A DNA stretch of 64,000 bases, taken from positions 13,826,001 to 13,890,000 of the forward strand of contig OZ024741.1 in assembly GCA_964016885.1 (NCBI GenBank), read 5' to 3'. Under the pieces are notes generated by a model that made no database searches, had not been told where the DNA came from, and saw only the letters and a program-made list of their open reading frames with translations. A program made the translations under genes and the position numbers. Positions 41,301 through 53,199 of the stretch are shown here, one piece after another. Position 1 is the stretch's first letter; every line of letters starts with the position of its first letter. The stretch is from Eledone cirrhosa. Lineage: Eukaryota.

Positions 41301-41639
41301 CATGCAGGGGGTGTAGGAATCACCTCTCCCCCCAAAAAAACAAATTAAGCGACACACACACACACACTTACACACTTACACACACTATTTCTAGTCTTTC
41401 ACTCCAGTTTATGAGTAGGTGTAGGCCTGGTTCTGTGGTTAACAGGTTTGCCTCCGGGTCCCAGAGGTATCAGCTGAGACTGTGTTCAACCCTATATTGG
41501 TAACAATATAAGATGTGAGTACCCACATATAGCTGTCTTTATTGGCGCTAGCAGAAAACCTTCAGGTGGTTTTCTGCTAGCATGTGTATTGTGTATATTG
41601 ATATTATATGCACATATATATATATATATACATGTAGAT

Positions 41640-42088
41640 ATGTGAAGGCACATGGCTTAGTGGTTAGAGCATTGGGCTTGCAATTGAAAGGTTGTGAGTT
41701 CAATTCTCGGACCGGGTGATGTGTTGTTTCCTTGAGCAAGACACTTTATTTTACATTGCTCCAGTTTACTCAGCTGTAGAAATGAGATGATAGGGACTGA
41801 GGTCCCTATCATTCCACTGCAAAGTGATCGTGGAGGTGCCATGGCAAAAAAGCACCCAGCCCACACTGTAAAGTGGATGTGTAGGCGCCACGGAAAAAAA
41901 AGCATCCAGAACTCACTGTAAATGAGGTTGGTGTTAGGAAGGACATCCAGCTGTAGAAATCAAGCCAGAATCAGTTTCCGTATGAGCAAGACAAGGTCAG
42001 CCGACTGGACACTGCCCACAACAGGACAACCTGTCTAACCCATGCTAGTGTGGATGAACGGACGTAAAACGATGATGATGATGATGAT
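41640..42088 (+). mobile_element. Full-length tRNA-derived CORE-type SINE with RTE-derived 3' tail
   Basis: A box tggcttagtggttagagc, B box gagttcaattc, CORE-like ccttgagcaagacact. The 3' half matches the RTE subfamily A 3' UTR and ends in (GAT)n. Confidence 0.85.
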
Positions 42089-42391
42089 ATGATACATCAA
42101 ATAAAATCGTAATTGACAATATACACAGAAATTGAACGAAGATGTTGTTACACTGTCGTCTTATGTAATCAGTAACATAATCCATGATACATTATAAAAA
42201 AGACAATATTATATATAAACTGCATTGGAAGAAAATTAGTGATGGAAATATATGAATATTTATTTAAGCGATCGCTAACTGGAAGTGTTGACATTTGAAA
42301 ATGTTAAAGAAGTGAATCTTAAAATAAACAATCAAATATATTTAATCAACAGCCACGAAATTTAGTAGATAAATTATGTAATATTCATTCA

Positions 42392-42580
42392 TTGGTGGAT
42401 TGGCAGTATCGGTAGAGGGTCGGACGCCATGCTTTCCAGCATAGTTACGTCCCTTTGCGGTCTGAGTTCAAATCCCGCTGAGGTTAACTTTGCCTTTCAT
42501 CTTTACGGGGTCGATAAAATAAAGTACCAGTAATGCACTGGGTAATTGATGGCCTTGTGCCAAAAGTAGAAACAATTATT
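42392..42580 (+). mobile_element. Full-length Meta-like tRNA SINE
   Basis: tggcagtatcggtag A box, gagttcaaatccc B box, ctttgcctttcatc...gtcgataaaataaagtaccag. Confidence 0.85.
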
Positions 42581-42694
42581 TATTCAAAGTAATCAAACTT
42601 ATTTTACTAATGGGATAAAAAATTATAAACCGTACTCAGTCCCGCACTCCTTACTTTATTATAGTCTAGATAGTGATATATTTTGTCATTGTAA

Positions 42695-43110
42695 TCATCA
42701 TCATCATCTTTTAACGTCCATTATTCCATGCCAACATGGGTTAGAGAGTTGTGCTGTTGTGAGAAAAGCTAGGTCCAATGACCATGTCTTTGCTCATACA
42801 GAACTGTTTCTGGCTTGATTTCTACAACTGGATACCCTTCCTAACACCAACTACATTTACAGAGTGGACTGGGTGTACTGGGTGCTTTCTATTGTGTCAT
42901 CAAAATGACCACTTTACAGTGTGGACTGGCACTTTTTGTTGTGACACCAACGTGATCCCTGTACACTGCGGATTGTGAGCTTTTTGTCATGGCACTAAAG
43001 CGACCAGAGAACAGTGTGTACTGGGCACTTGTGTTATGTCAGCAACACAACCACTTTACAGTGTGGACTGGGCGCTTTTTATCATGGCACTAAAATGACC
43101 ACTTTATAGA
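42695..43110 (-). mobile_element. Degenerate RTE 3' UTR/SINE tail with internal repeats
   Basis: cccttcctaacaccaac and repeated ccactttacagtgtggactgg units; similar to 18270-18620. Confidence 0.6.
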
Positions 43111-44037
43111 ATTATATATATATATATATATATATTATATATTATATATTGAGTTACATATTGTTTTTGATATATACATATTAAAAACAATATGTAACAT
43201 ATTTTAGTTAATTGAATATGATAAAATATCTAGGGACTGAACTGGCTGGCTGTGTGTTTAACCCTTCCGTGACCATATTTCTAATGAAATGAAATCTAAT
43301 TATTTCATTACTAAGATAGTAACTTAACATGTTTCTCAAACAAATTATGTTGAAGAAATTTAAATTTAGATAGTAAATCTTTAAGCTAAGCAGTTTTGTT
43401 TCATAGATCTATAGCCAATTCTGGCCTGGCTGGTACCAAAGCCTGGCTGCTTTCTCTTTGCACAGGTTGCCATGGAGACCTCTGGGTCTGGAACACAGCC
43501 TCAACACCACCTTGCCCTAGGCCCAAGGCCTATCACCCCACCCCTCTCCTTTTCTTCTGTGGCCCTAGAGTCCTTGCTTTTGCCCTCATTTTACTCTCAT
43601 TTATGGCATTTATAGTCCTTTCCACGACAGCCAGATCTGCCCTTCTTTACCACTTCTCCATTTTCTCATTACTTAATTTTACTTTTATCTTTCTGTTTTA
43701 TTTAGGTATTCTTGTACAGAGTGAATGAACCTATTTCAACAATATAGTTAGACTTTTGAAATACTCAATCTTCCAGAGATGTTTTTACTTAGTGTAAACC
43801 CTTAACTCTTTCAACTGGCTGTATCCAGCCAGAATTCCCTCACATCGTTCAGTTCAACCCAGCTGTATGTTCTTAAAATAAATATCAAAATCTCATAGAT
43901 TTGATATTACATGAGATATGTGCAATAAAGCTTTTACCGGGAAAATACAATAGTATATGTAGAGTAATGTAAATGGTAATGGCTTAATGTACAACACAAT
44001 GTTGAAGAAAGAGGTAGAAAACTTGAAGCCAGGGATA

Positions 44038-44240
44038 TACAAGGGTTGGTTGAAAAGTTCATAGGCTGACCAAGATACTCTCATGGAATGACCAAACAAG
44101 ATTTATTTTTTAACATAATCCCTGGAATAAAAAACAATGCAGTTATTAATAGAAAGAGTTGAAATTAATGCATGCAAGATTTCAAAGCTCTAGCATCAAT
44201 CCTTTATAGTTAGTCTATTAAGTTTTCAGCCGACCAGTTA
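44038..44240. mobile_element. Possible Tc1/mariner MITE remnant
   Basis: tacaagggttggttgaaaagttcatagg... and a partial inverted match aagttttcagccgacc. Confidence 0.35.
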
Positions 44241-44554
44241 AAGTGTCTTTTGCGAACCTCGAGACTCATCAGGCTGCATCTTCTCCTGGTTTCAGGTGAT
44301 TTTAAGTGTCAGAGAGTTCATGACTCCCTCCTGGATGGGAAGCCAATCCATCACAAGGTTAAGCCTTTCATTAACAGATTTCTCAGGAGAAGCACTGTTT
44401 ATAATTTTCAAATCACTTTCAAAATAATCGAGAATTTGAAATGATTTAGAAATCTACCTTTCTCATTATTAAACTGATGTTTGGAACATAACTTAACAAA
44501 GTTCTTTACATAAATTATGATGGAAGGTGTTTAGATAAGTATAAATATAAAATA

Positions 44555-44910
44555 TATGAATATGAATGGCGAATTCTTCGCTTGTGAAGATCAGTGGGAA
44601 TAATTGTTGTCCTGTTCCGTGCGGTGACATACCCTGAGGTGGCTGTAGAGGCCAATCCTGGACCTGTAGGTGCTGGTACAGTTGGGGCAAGTGAGTACTT
44701 GGTTAGTTGGCGGTTGGGTGGTGGACAGCTTTCTTCTTTGATGTTTGTCTTCAGCTGCCGCCTTCTTGCCCTCCTCAAAGTTGGCTGCAGCTGTTTTGTT
44801 GGTCACTCTCCATTTCTCTCTATCTTCTGCCAGGTGTTCTCATTCCCTGTGATCAATGTTTCCTTGGATCAGCTGGCATTTGAGTTGATCCTTGAAGCGA
44901 CTCGGGGGTA
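44555..44910 (-). mobile_element. RTE (BovB-like) LINE 3' end
   Basis: Minus strand encodes RRFKDQLK, LAEDREKWR and CPNCTSTYRSRIGLYSHLR; (ATTCAT)n tail. Confidence 0.8.
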
Positions 44911-46282
44911 AGTGTCTGTGTGTGTGTGGGGGGGGGGGGGGGCTTGGTTTAATAGACAAATTTTAAAACAAACTATTTTTGTATCCTAGAACAAGGCTGA
45001 TTTGCTATCAAAAGGGTTAAACTACTAACTGCTTCCGCTGGTCGTAGCAATAGTGGTACTCTCTTTTCTCAGCAATTGGATTGGAGCAATGTGAAATATT
45101 GTGCCTTCACCAGGTCAGGGAATCTAATCTATGGCCTTACAAACAAGAACCCATCACCTTAACCAGGGAAATAATGCACCAGTAGGTCAAGGAATCTGAC
45201 CAATGGCCTTACAAACAAGAACCCATCACCTTAACCACTAGTCCATGTAACTTCACTGTTGTACATAGATATGTCTAAAAGTTCTCAGGAAATCTTTCTA
45301 CCAAACAACTCCACATTTCTACAACAAATTTCCAAGTGTCAATCACCATAAGTTATTTATTTTTTGGGGGGTGGGGAGGGGTTCAGTGGGTTGAGGGGGT
45401 CGGTAGATGTGGTAGTGGTAGATGTTGTGGTAGTGATGGAAGGGGTCGGTAGATGTGTAGTTGTAGTGATGGAAGGAGTCGGTAGATGTTGTGGTGGTAG
45501 ATGTGGTAGTGGTAGATGTTGTGGTGGTAGTGGTGGAAGGATTCAGTAGATGTTGTGGTGGGGTCATGATGGGGGTGGCTGTCTGTTTTTATTTATTTGG
45601 TTTACTTTTTATCTTCATACTTACATCTAATGTTATTTTCTAAACACACACACACAGATCAATCATATACATACACATACCATGCATAAATACACACACA
45701 GATCACTCACACACACATACATATACTCACACAACACATGTAAACTGACATACATATACCTACACACACATATATAGACACACACATACATCACTTATGG
45801 ACATGCACACACAGGCATCCATGCTCGCATACACACACATACATAAACACACACATACACACACAGAAATGTCTCCTCAATCTCTTGACGTTTATTTTTT
45901 AATTTTTTCCCAGAAGCTACACACAAAAAACATCACACACACATAAACAAACATAAATAATACACACATACATATCACACATACACACATATAATACATA
46001 CATACACTTAAACACACATCAACTTCATTTCTTACCATTTCATTTGCTAAGAGTCCAGTCCAGTGATTTTTTGGCATCAATGAAACAAAAAAGACAAACT
46101 GAATCCACCCTTTACTGTCACTTGAAGTGGCAGAAGGGGATGGCTGCTTTAATATATATTTCACATCTTTCTCTTCTCAACTGTAAATAAAAAGAAATTT
46201 TGCTGAAAGCTAAGCCAGGCAGGAGGAACTCTCGAGTTTGTGCACTGGTTTAGAAGTGCTGCTGCTTGGAAAACAGATCCCT

Positions 46283-46357
<75 letters not shown>

Positions 46358-46959
46358 CATATATACATACATACACACACACACATACATATACACACAT
46401 ATATATATATTGAACCAACTCTTGCTAGCAAGGAAAATATCTATTAAATAACAATGATGATGATGATTGGACATACAGGGCTGAAGGGGGAGGGGGACAA
46501 CAACAAATTGTTGTTGTGGTGGTGGTAGGGATATCTGTGGGGGGGGGGGGGGTATGTTGTATGACTGGTTGTTTTTTTCTTTAATAGTGAATATGTAGGT
46601 AAACAACGACAACAACCACAACAACAAATGTAGGGTGGGGTACGGTGTCATGTGACAAAACCATTTGGACTTTAACAACAGAGTTCTGAAACCTTTCATA
46701 ATAAACATCTTTATTGTAGTGTAGGCATGACAGCAAGGAGATAAGTTTACACCATCTTCTAAGTATTAGTTAACATAAAACAACTCTAGTATGTAGTGGT
46801 GGTGGTGGTGGTGGTGGGGCAATGGGGAAGACTAGACATGCTAGAAATGGCAGCCAAAGCTCCTTTGAATTGCTCCCTACTGTTTTGAAAAAAGGAAGGA
46901 CATATTCGCAACCCAGCCATACAAGATTGCCTGAGGGTGGTTAGCTGAAAATATGGTGC

Positions 46960-47230
46960 CACGAAAAAACGCACCCACCCCACTCAGTAAAGTGTTAGTG
47001 TTGGTGCCACAATAAATCGCACCCTCTTCATGCTGTAAAGTAATGCTACTGTGTAATAATAAAAGGCTCCCAGTACACACTGTATCATTGCTGGCATTAG
47101 GAGGGCATCCAGCTGTAGAAACCAAGTCCAAATTGGAACATATGAGCAAGATGTGGTCATTTATGTAGTCTAGCCTTGGAACATGACAACCTGTCCAACC
47201 CATACAAGCATGAAGAATAGACATTAAACA
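46960..47230 (+). mobile_element. Degenerate RTE 3' UTR/SINE tail
   Basis: ggcattaggagggcatccagctgtagaaacc...caacccatacaagcatgaagaatagacattaaac. Confidence 0.6.
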
Positions 47231-47446
47231 GTGATGGTGATGGTGATGGTGGTGATGGTGATGGTAATGTTGGTAATGGTGATGGTGGTGATGGTGATGG
47301 AAATGTTGGTAATAGTGATGGTAATGTTGGTAATGGTGATGGTGGTGATGGTGATGGTGATGGTAATGGTGGTGATGGTGATGGTGATGGTAATGTTGGT
47401 AATGGTCATGGTGGTGATGGTAATGGCGGTGATGGTGATGGTAATG
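47231..47446. repeat. (GGTGAT)n microsatellite expanded from the retroelement tail
   Basis: Directly visible. Confidence 0.85.
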
Positions 47447-47494
47447 AGGAGAAGGAGGGGGAAGTTTGATCTAGAAGTGGAATTGCAACTGGTT

Positions 47495-48985
47495 AACTAT
47501 TTGAGCTGGCTCCTGTTGATAATGCTGGAGATTCACTGATTTGAGCTGACTCAATGTTCTTGATACTGGGGATTCACTGATTTGAGCTGGTTCAATGTTC
47601 TTGATGTTGGGTATTCACTGATTTGAGCTGGTTCAATGTTCTTGATGTTGGGTATTCACTGATTTGAGCTGGTTCAATGTTCTTGATGTTGGGTATTCAC
47701 TGATTTGAGCTGACTCAATGTTCTTGATACTGGGGATTCACTGATTTGAGCTGGTTCAATGTTCTTGATGTTGGGTATTCACTGATTTGAGCTGACTCAA
47801 TGTTCTTGATACTGGGGATTCACTGATTTGAGCTGGTTCAATGTTCCTGATACTGGGGATTCACTGATTTGAGCTGGTTCAATGTTCTTGATGTTGGGTA
47901 TTCACTGATTTGAGCTGGTTCAATGTTCTTGATGTTGGGTATTCACTGATTTGAGCTGGTTCAATGTTCCTGATACTGGGGATTCACTGATTTGAGCTGG
48001 TTCAATGTTCTTGATGTTGGGTATTCACTGATTTGAGCTGGTTCAATGTTCTTGACGATTCACTGATTTGAGCTGACTCAATGTTCTTGTTGTCGGGGAT
48101 TCACTGATTTGAGCTGGCTCAATTTTCTTGATGTTGGGGATTCACTGATTTGAGCTGGCTCAATTTTCTTGATGTTGGGGATTCACTGATTTGAGCTGGC
48201 TCAATGTTCTTGATGCTGGTGATTCACTGATTTGAGCTGGCTCAATGTTCTTGATGTTGGGGATTCACTGTTTTGAGCTGGCTCAATGTTTTTGATGTTG
48301 AAGATTCACTGATTTGAGCTGACTCAATGTTCTTATTGTCGGGGATTCACTGATTTGAGCTGGCTCAATGTTCTTGATGTTGGGGATTCACTGATTTGAG
48401 CTGGCTCAATGTTCTTGATGTTGGGGATTCACTGATTTGAGCTGGCTCAATGTTCTTCATGTTGGGGATTCACTGATTTGAGCTGGCTCAATGTTCTTGA
48501 TGTTGGGGATTCACTGATTTGAGCTGGCTCAATGTTTTTGATGTTGAAGATTCACTGATTTGAGCTGACTCAATGTTCTTGTTGTCGGGGATTCACTGAT
48601 TTGAGCTGGCTCAATGTTCTTGATGTTGGGGATTCACTGATTTGAGCTGGCTCAATGTTCTTGATGTTGGGGATTCACTGATTTGAGCTGGCTCAATGTT
48701 CTTCATGTTGGGGATTCACTGATTTGAGCTGGCTCAATGTTCTTCATGTTGGGGATTCACTGATTTGAGCTGGCTCAATGTTCTTGATGTTGGGGATTCA
48801 CTAATTTTAGCTGATGTCAGTGATTGGAACTTTTTCAGTTCATGAGGCAACTTACTCAATGTTTATGAAGCAGCTGGTTCAACATTCATGATCCAGCTGG
48901 CTCAATTTTCCTGTTGTGAATTCACTGATTTGAGCTGGCTCAATGTTAATGGGGCTGTAGATTCAATGATTTGAGCTGGCTCAAC
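47495..48985. repeat. 41-bp minisatellite, ~31 good copies plus a degenerate edge
   Basis: Unit GATTCACTGATTTGAGCTGGCTCAATGTTCTTGATGTTGGG with the internal inverted repeat TTGAGC-TG-GCTCAA. Confidence 0.95.
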
Positions 48986-50539
48986 CTATTTTGAGTGGTG
49001 CTCTAACATAAATACAAACAAAATGACCCCAAGCCCATGCCATCCACTGACTCAAGCAAATATAACCCATGAAATGAAAACAATTATATTTGCTTGACCC
49101 ACCAGTTATAGACCAAACTAGACATAATGTACACACCTTTCTGAACTACACACCAAACACTCACAACATATCAACAACCAAACCTCCTCCAATTACTGGT
49201 GTGTTGTGGTGGAGGTGGACATTATCTGGCTGCATCCATCCTGTTATATGATTTCTATATATCACTATCATTTATTTAACAATATTAGTTGCTAGGAAAT
49301 AAAAAAAAACAGAAACAACAGACCCAAGAGTAACCCCTTCCCCTATATCATTGCCACATTAGCAGAAATGAAGCCTCAATTCATTTCTTTAGCTGTCTCA
49401 TCTTTTGCAGTAAAACCCCCTTAAATTGCTGTAATTAAATGCAATCACTTTGCCATAACAGTAATCCTAATGTTATTATGCTATAAACTATTATATCACA
49501 CAGTGAATATATTAATTATACAAATTATCAGCAGGTTCTCCATTCCCTGGGGACCACCACCCACTGCTTGTGAAAGTAAAATAGAATTACCCCCTCCTCT
49601 CTCCATGAAGTTTAGGGGATAGCTGAAAAGTAAAGAAAGGGTCTGATATGTGATGTGAGAGAGGGAAATACAGGTATGTCAACTTAGAATTACCCCTCCT
49701 CTCCACTAAAATTAAGGTATAGTTGAAAAAAAAAGGGACTGATGTGTGAGATTCTGGGACTTCAACTTGGAACACCTCTTCTCAAATAAGTTTCTTTTCA
49801 TTGGGAGAATCCCTATTTAGTTATCAGGTACCTTATTCTTCAATATAGGGGGAAGGGGATAGTTGAAAAGTCAAGGGATTATTGTGAGTATAATATACAG
49901 GGATTTCAACTTAAAATTCCTCCCCTTTCATAAGTTTCTTTTCATTCTTCAGAGGACTCTATTTAGATGATATCAGGGGCCAGGTGAGGGGGTCATAGAA
50001 ATATAAAGAGGGCGAGGAGAGGTATAGGGACTGGTATGTGTATGTGTGTAGGGAGTGGTGTGTGATGTGTGAAGGGGTTAACTTTAAATCACTGCTTCTC
50101 TAACAGAAGTGACTCCTTAATTTGTCACCCCCCTCTCCTATCTCATCACAGCCCCACCCCTTCCCTCACCCCACTCTCTCACTCCTATCATCACAGCCCC
50201 TCCCCTACATACACCCCCTCTCTCTCCTGTCTCATCACAGCCGCATCCCTTCTCTCACCCCCTCTCTCTCTTATCATCACAGCCCCACCCCTTCTCAGCC
50301 CCTCTCTCTTCCTGTCAAGAAATATCCCTAAATTACAATAATTAATCCTTATCACTTTATCATAAAAACCTAATCCCTCAGTTATTACCATAAAAACAAA
50401 CACAACAATAAAATAAAAGAAATACAACAGTAGCGGGGGAGGGGGTATAAAGACAGATATCTGACCCCTTGCACCCCCCCCCCTCTCTAATGCAGCCACC
50501 AATAAACACCTTAAATATGTATCAGGCATGATACTTATC

Positions 50540-52052
50540 CACCCACCACCACCAGCGTCATCATCATAATCATCACCATTGTTATCACCACCACCATTAT
50601 CACTATCACCCTCATCACCATCACCACCATCACACCACCACTACCACCATGATCACCATCCCCCCCCACACCACCACACCACCAACACCACCATCACCAT
50701 CATCACCACCACCATCACCATCATCTGCACCACCACCACCACCACCATAACCACCACCACCGTCACCACCACCACCATCAACACCACCACCACCACCATC
50801 ACCACCACCACCATCATCCGCACCACCACCACCACCAATATCACCATCACCACCACCACCACCATCACCACCACCACAATCATTACCATCACTACCACTC
50901 CACCATCACCACCACCATCACTACCACCATCACCACCACCACCACCATCATAATTATCCACACCACCAGTTCCACCACCCCACCACCATCATAATCATCC
51001 CCACCACCATCATAATCATCTCCACTACCATCACCACCATCCTACATCTAATTTAGGGCCAGAAGAATAACAATAAATATATATAGGTCCAGTTTAAACC
51101 CCCCTCCCGACAAGATGGAGGGGTGGGGAATAAGGTGAAAGTGTGGGTTCCCTCCTTAAGTGCCCTATTACAATAAAACAGTTCTCTTCTTACTATTACT
51201 ACCACCACCACTACCACCACTACTACTACTTCCACTACCACTATTACTACCACCACTACCACTACTACTATTACTACCACCACCACAACTACTATTACTA
51301 CCTCCACTACCACCACCACTACCACTACTACCACCACCACTACTATTACTACCACCACCACTACTATTACTACCTCCACTACTACCACCACCACTAATAT
51401 TACTACCACCACTACCACCACCACTACTATTACTACCTCCACTACCACCACCATTACCACTATTACTACCTCCACTACCACTACTACTACTACTACAAAT
51501 TACTGCTCCCTAAATTAACACCCTACTTATATAAAATACCTCCCACCATTACGATTATTCTAGAACTGTCTATGAGCACCACCACCACCACTACCACCAC
51601 CACCACCACCACCACACCACCATCACCACTACCACCACCATCATCACCACCACCACCACCATCATCACCACCACCACCTCTACCACCACCACCATCACTA
51701 CCACCACCTCTACCACCACCACCACCACCACCACCACCACCACCACCACCAATACGACCACCACCAATACCACCACCACCACTACCACCACCACCACCAC
51801 CACACCACCATCACCACACCACCACCACCACCACCACACCACCATCATCACTACCACCACCATCATCACCACCACCACCACTACCACCACCACCACCACA
51901 CCACCACCACCTCTACCACCACCACCATCAGCACCACCACCTCTACCACCACCACCACCACCACCACCACACCACCATCACCACTACCACCACCACCATC
52001 ACCACCTCTACCACCACCACCATCACTACCACCACCTCTACCACCACCACCA
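50540..52052. repeat. Three (CAC/CTA/CAT)n low-complexity tracts
   Basis: Visible at ~50540-51040, 51190-51495 and 51577-52052. Confidence 0.9.
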
Positions 52053-53199
52053 GTATGTATGCATGTATGTGTGTGTGTTAATGTGTAAAGATATGTGTGA
52101 GCATAAATGTGTAAACTTGCATATACAAATGTGTGTGTATGTATGTATTTGTATATGTGGGAAGGTATGTTTTAACATATATATATATACGTAGCAATGT
52201 GTATGGATATGTGTGTGTGTGTGTATCTGAATGTGTATGTAGTGATATATGTGGGAATGAATGTGTGAACATATATATATGTATGTATACGTGTGTGTGT
52301 GTATACATATATATATATATATGTGTGTGTATATATATATATGTATGTGTGTGTGTATATATATATGAGTGTGTATCTAAATGTGTAAGTGTTAAATTTA
52401 TAAATCATGCAGTGTGAAAAGAGGGTAGGGGAGAGTGTGAGATGATGTAATGGGCTCCCATGGTAACTGTGTGTGTGTGTATATGTATTTATGTATGTTA
52501 GTGTAATTGTAGTCTATATGTATCATTGAATTGTGTGGGGGGGGGCTGTATGTGGGGGTGCATGTGTGTGTGTGTGGGTGTATGTGTGGGTGTGTATGTA
52601 TGTATGTGTGGGTGTATGTATGTGGGTGTGTGTGGGTGTATGAGTGTGTATGGATGTGTATGTATGTGTGTGTATGTATGTATGTATGTATGTGTGTGTG
52701 TGTGTGGGGGGGGGGGGGTAATCATGTCAAATATATGATGATAAAGCAATAAATGTTTTCTAATTTAGGGCGCCAAGGCCGGCAATGTGGGGTTGGGTGA
52801 AGTTGATTATATCAACCCCAGAATGCTACTGGTATTTTGTTTTATCCTGAGAGAATAAATGACAAAATTGGTTTCAGTGGGATTTGAACTGAGAACATTC
52901 AGTGACAAACCATATGCCTCTGACAAGTTTATCTCATACTTTAATGATTCAGCCAATCCACTCTCCTGATAATGGTTTCTACATTTGATACAAGGGGAGA
53001 TTACATCTATTTTGGTATTGAGTACTCTTTTCTCTCATCCATCAACTGCATATAGATATATGCTGTAAATTGGTTGTTGATAGGAAGGGCATCCAGTCAT
53101 AGAAATCTTGCCAAAGAAAGGGTTGGGAAGACCTTCAGTTGTGTCAAAGACATGACAGCCTCTCCTGAGCACTCAATGGAACATGTAACCATACATATG

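Larger units (their letters stand above)
43262..45016. mobile_element. Possible old non-autonomous piggyBac-type element containing nested insertions
   Basis: TTAA|CCCTTCCGTGACCATA at the left and TTGCTATCAAAAGGG|TTAA at the right; the TIR match is degenerate. Confidence 0.4.

Noticed and set aside
41408-41515. AG...GT-bounded segment as a candidate exon
   Set aside because: It has an in-frame stop in the required phase and no INPP5A similarity.
41650-41715. tRNA gene
   Set aside because: A/B boxes are present, but the sequence continues into a SINE body and lacks a proper cloverleaf.
45269-45350. Possible next INPP5A exon (…TTPHFYNKFPS)
   Set aside because: Only a KFP match, a weak acceptor and no donor site.
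47495-48985. Palindromic repeat resembling a CRISPR array
   Set aside because: The inter-palindrome sequence is itself repeated, so it is a plain minisatellite.
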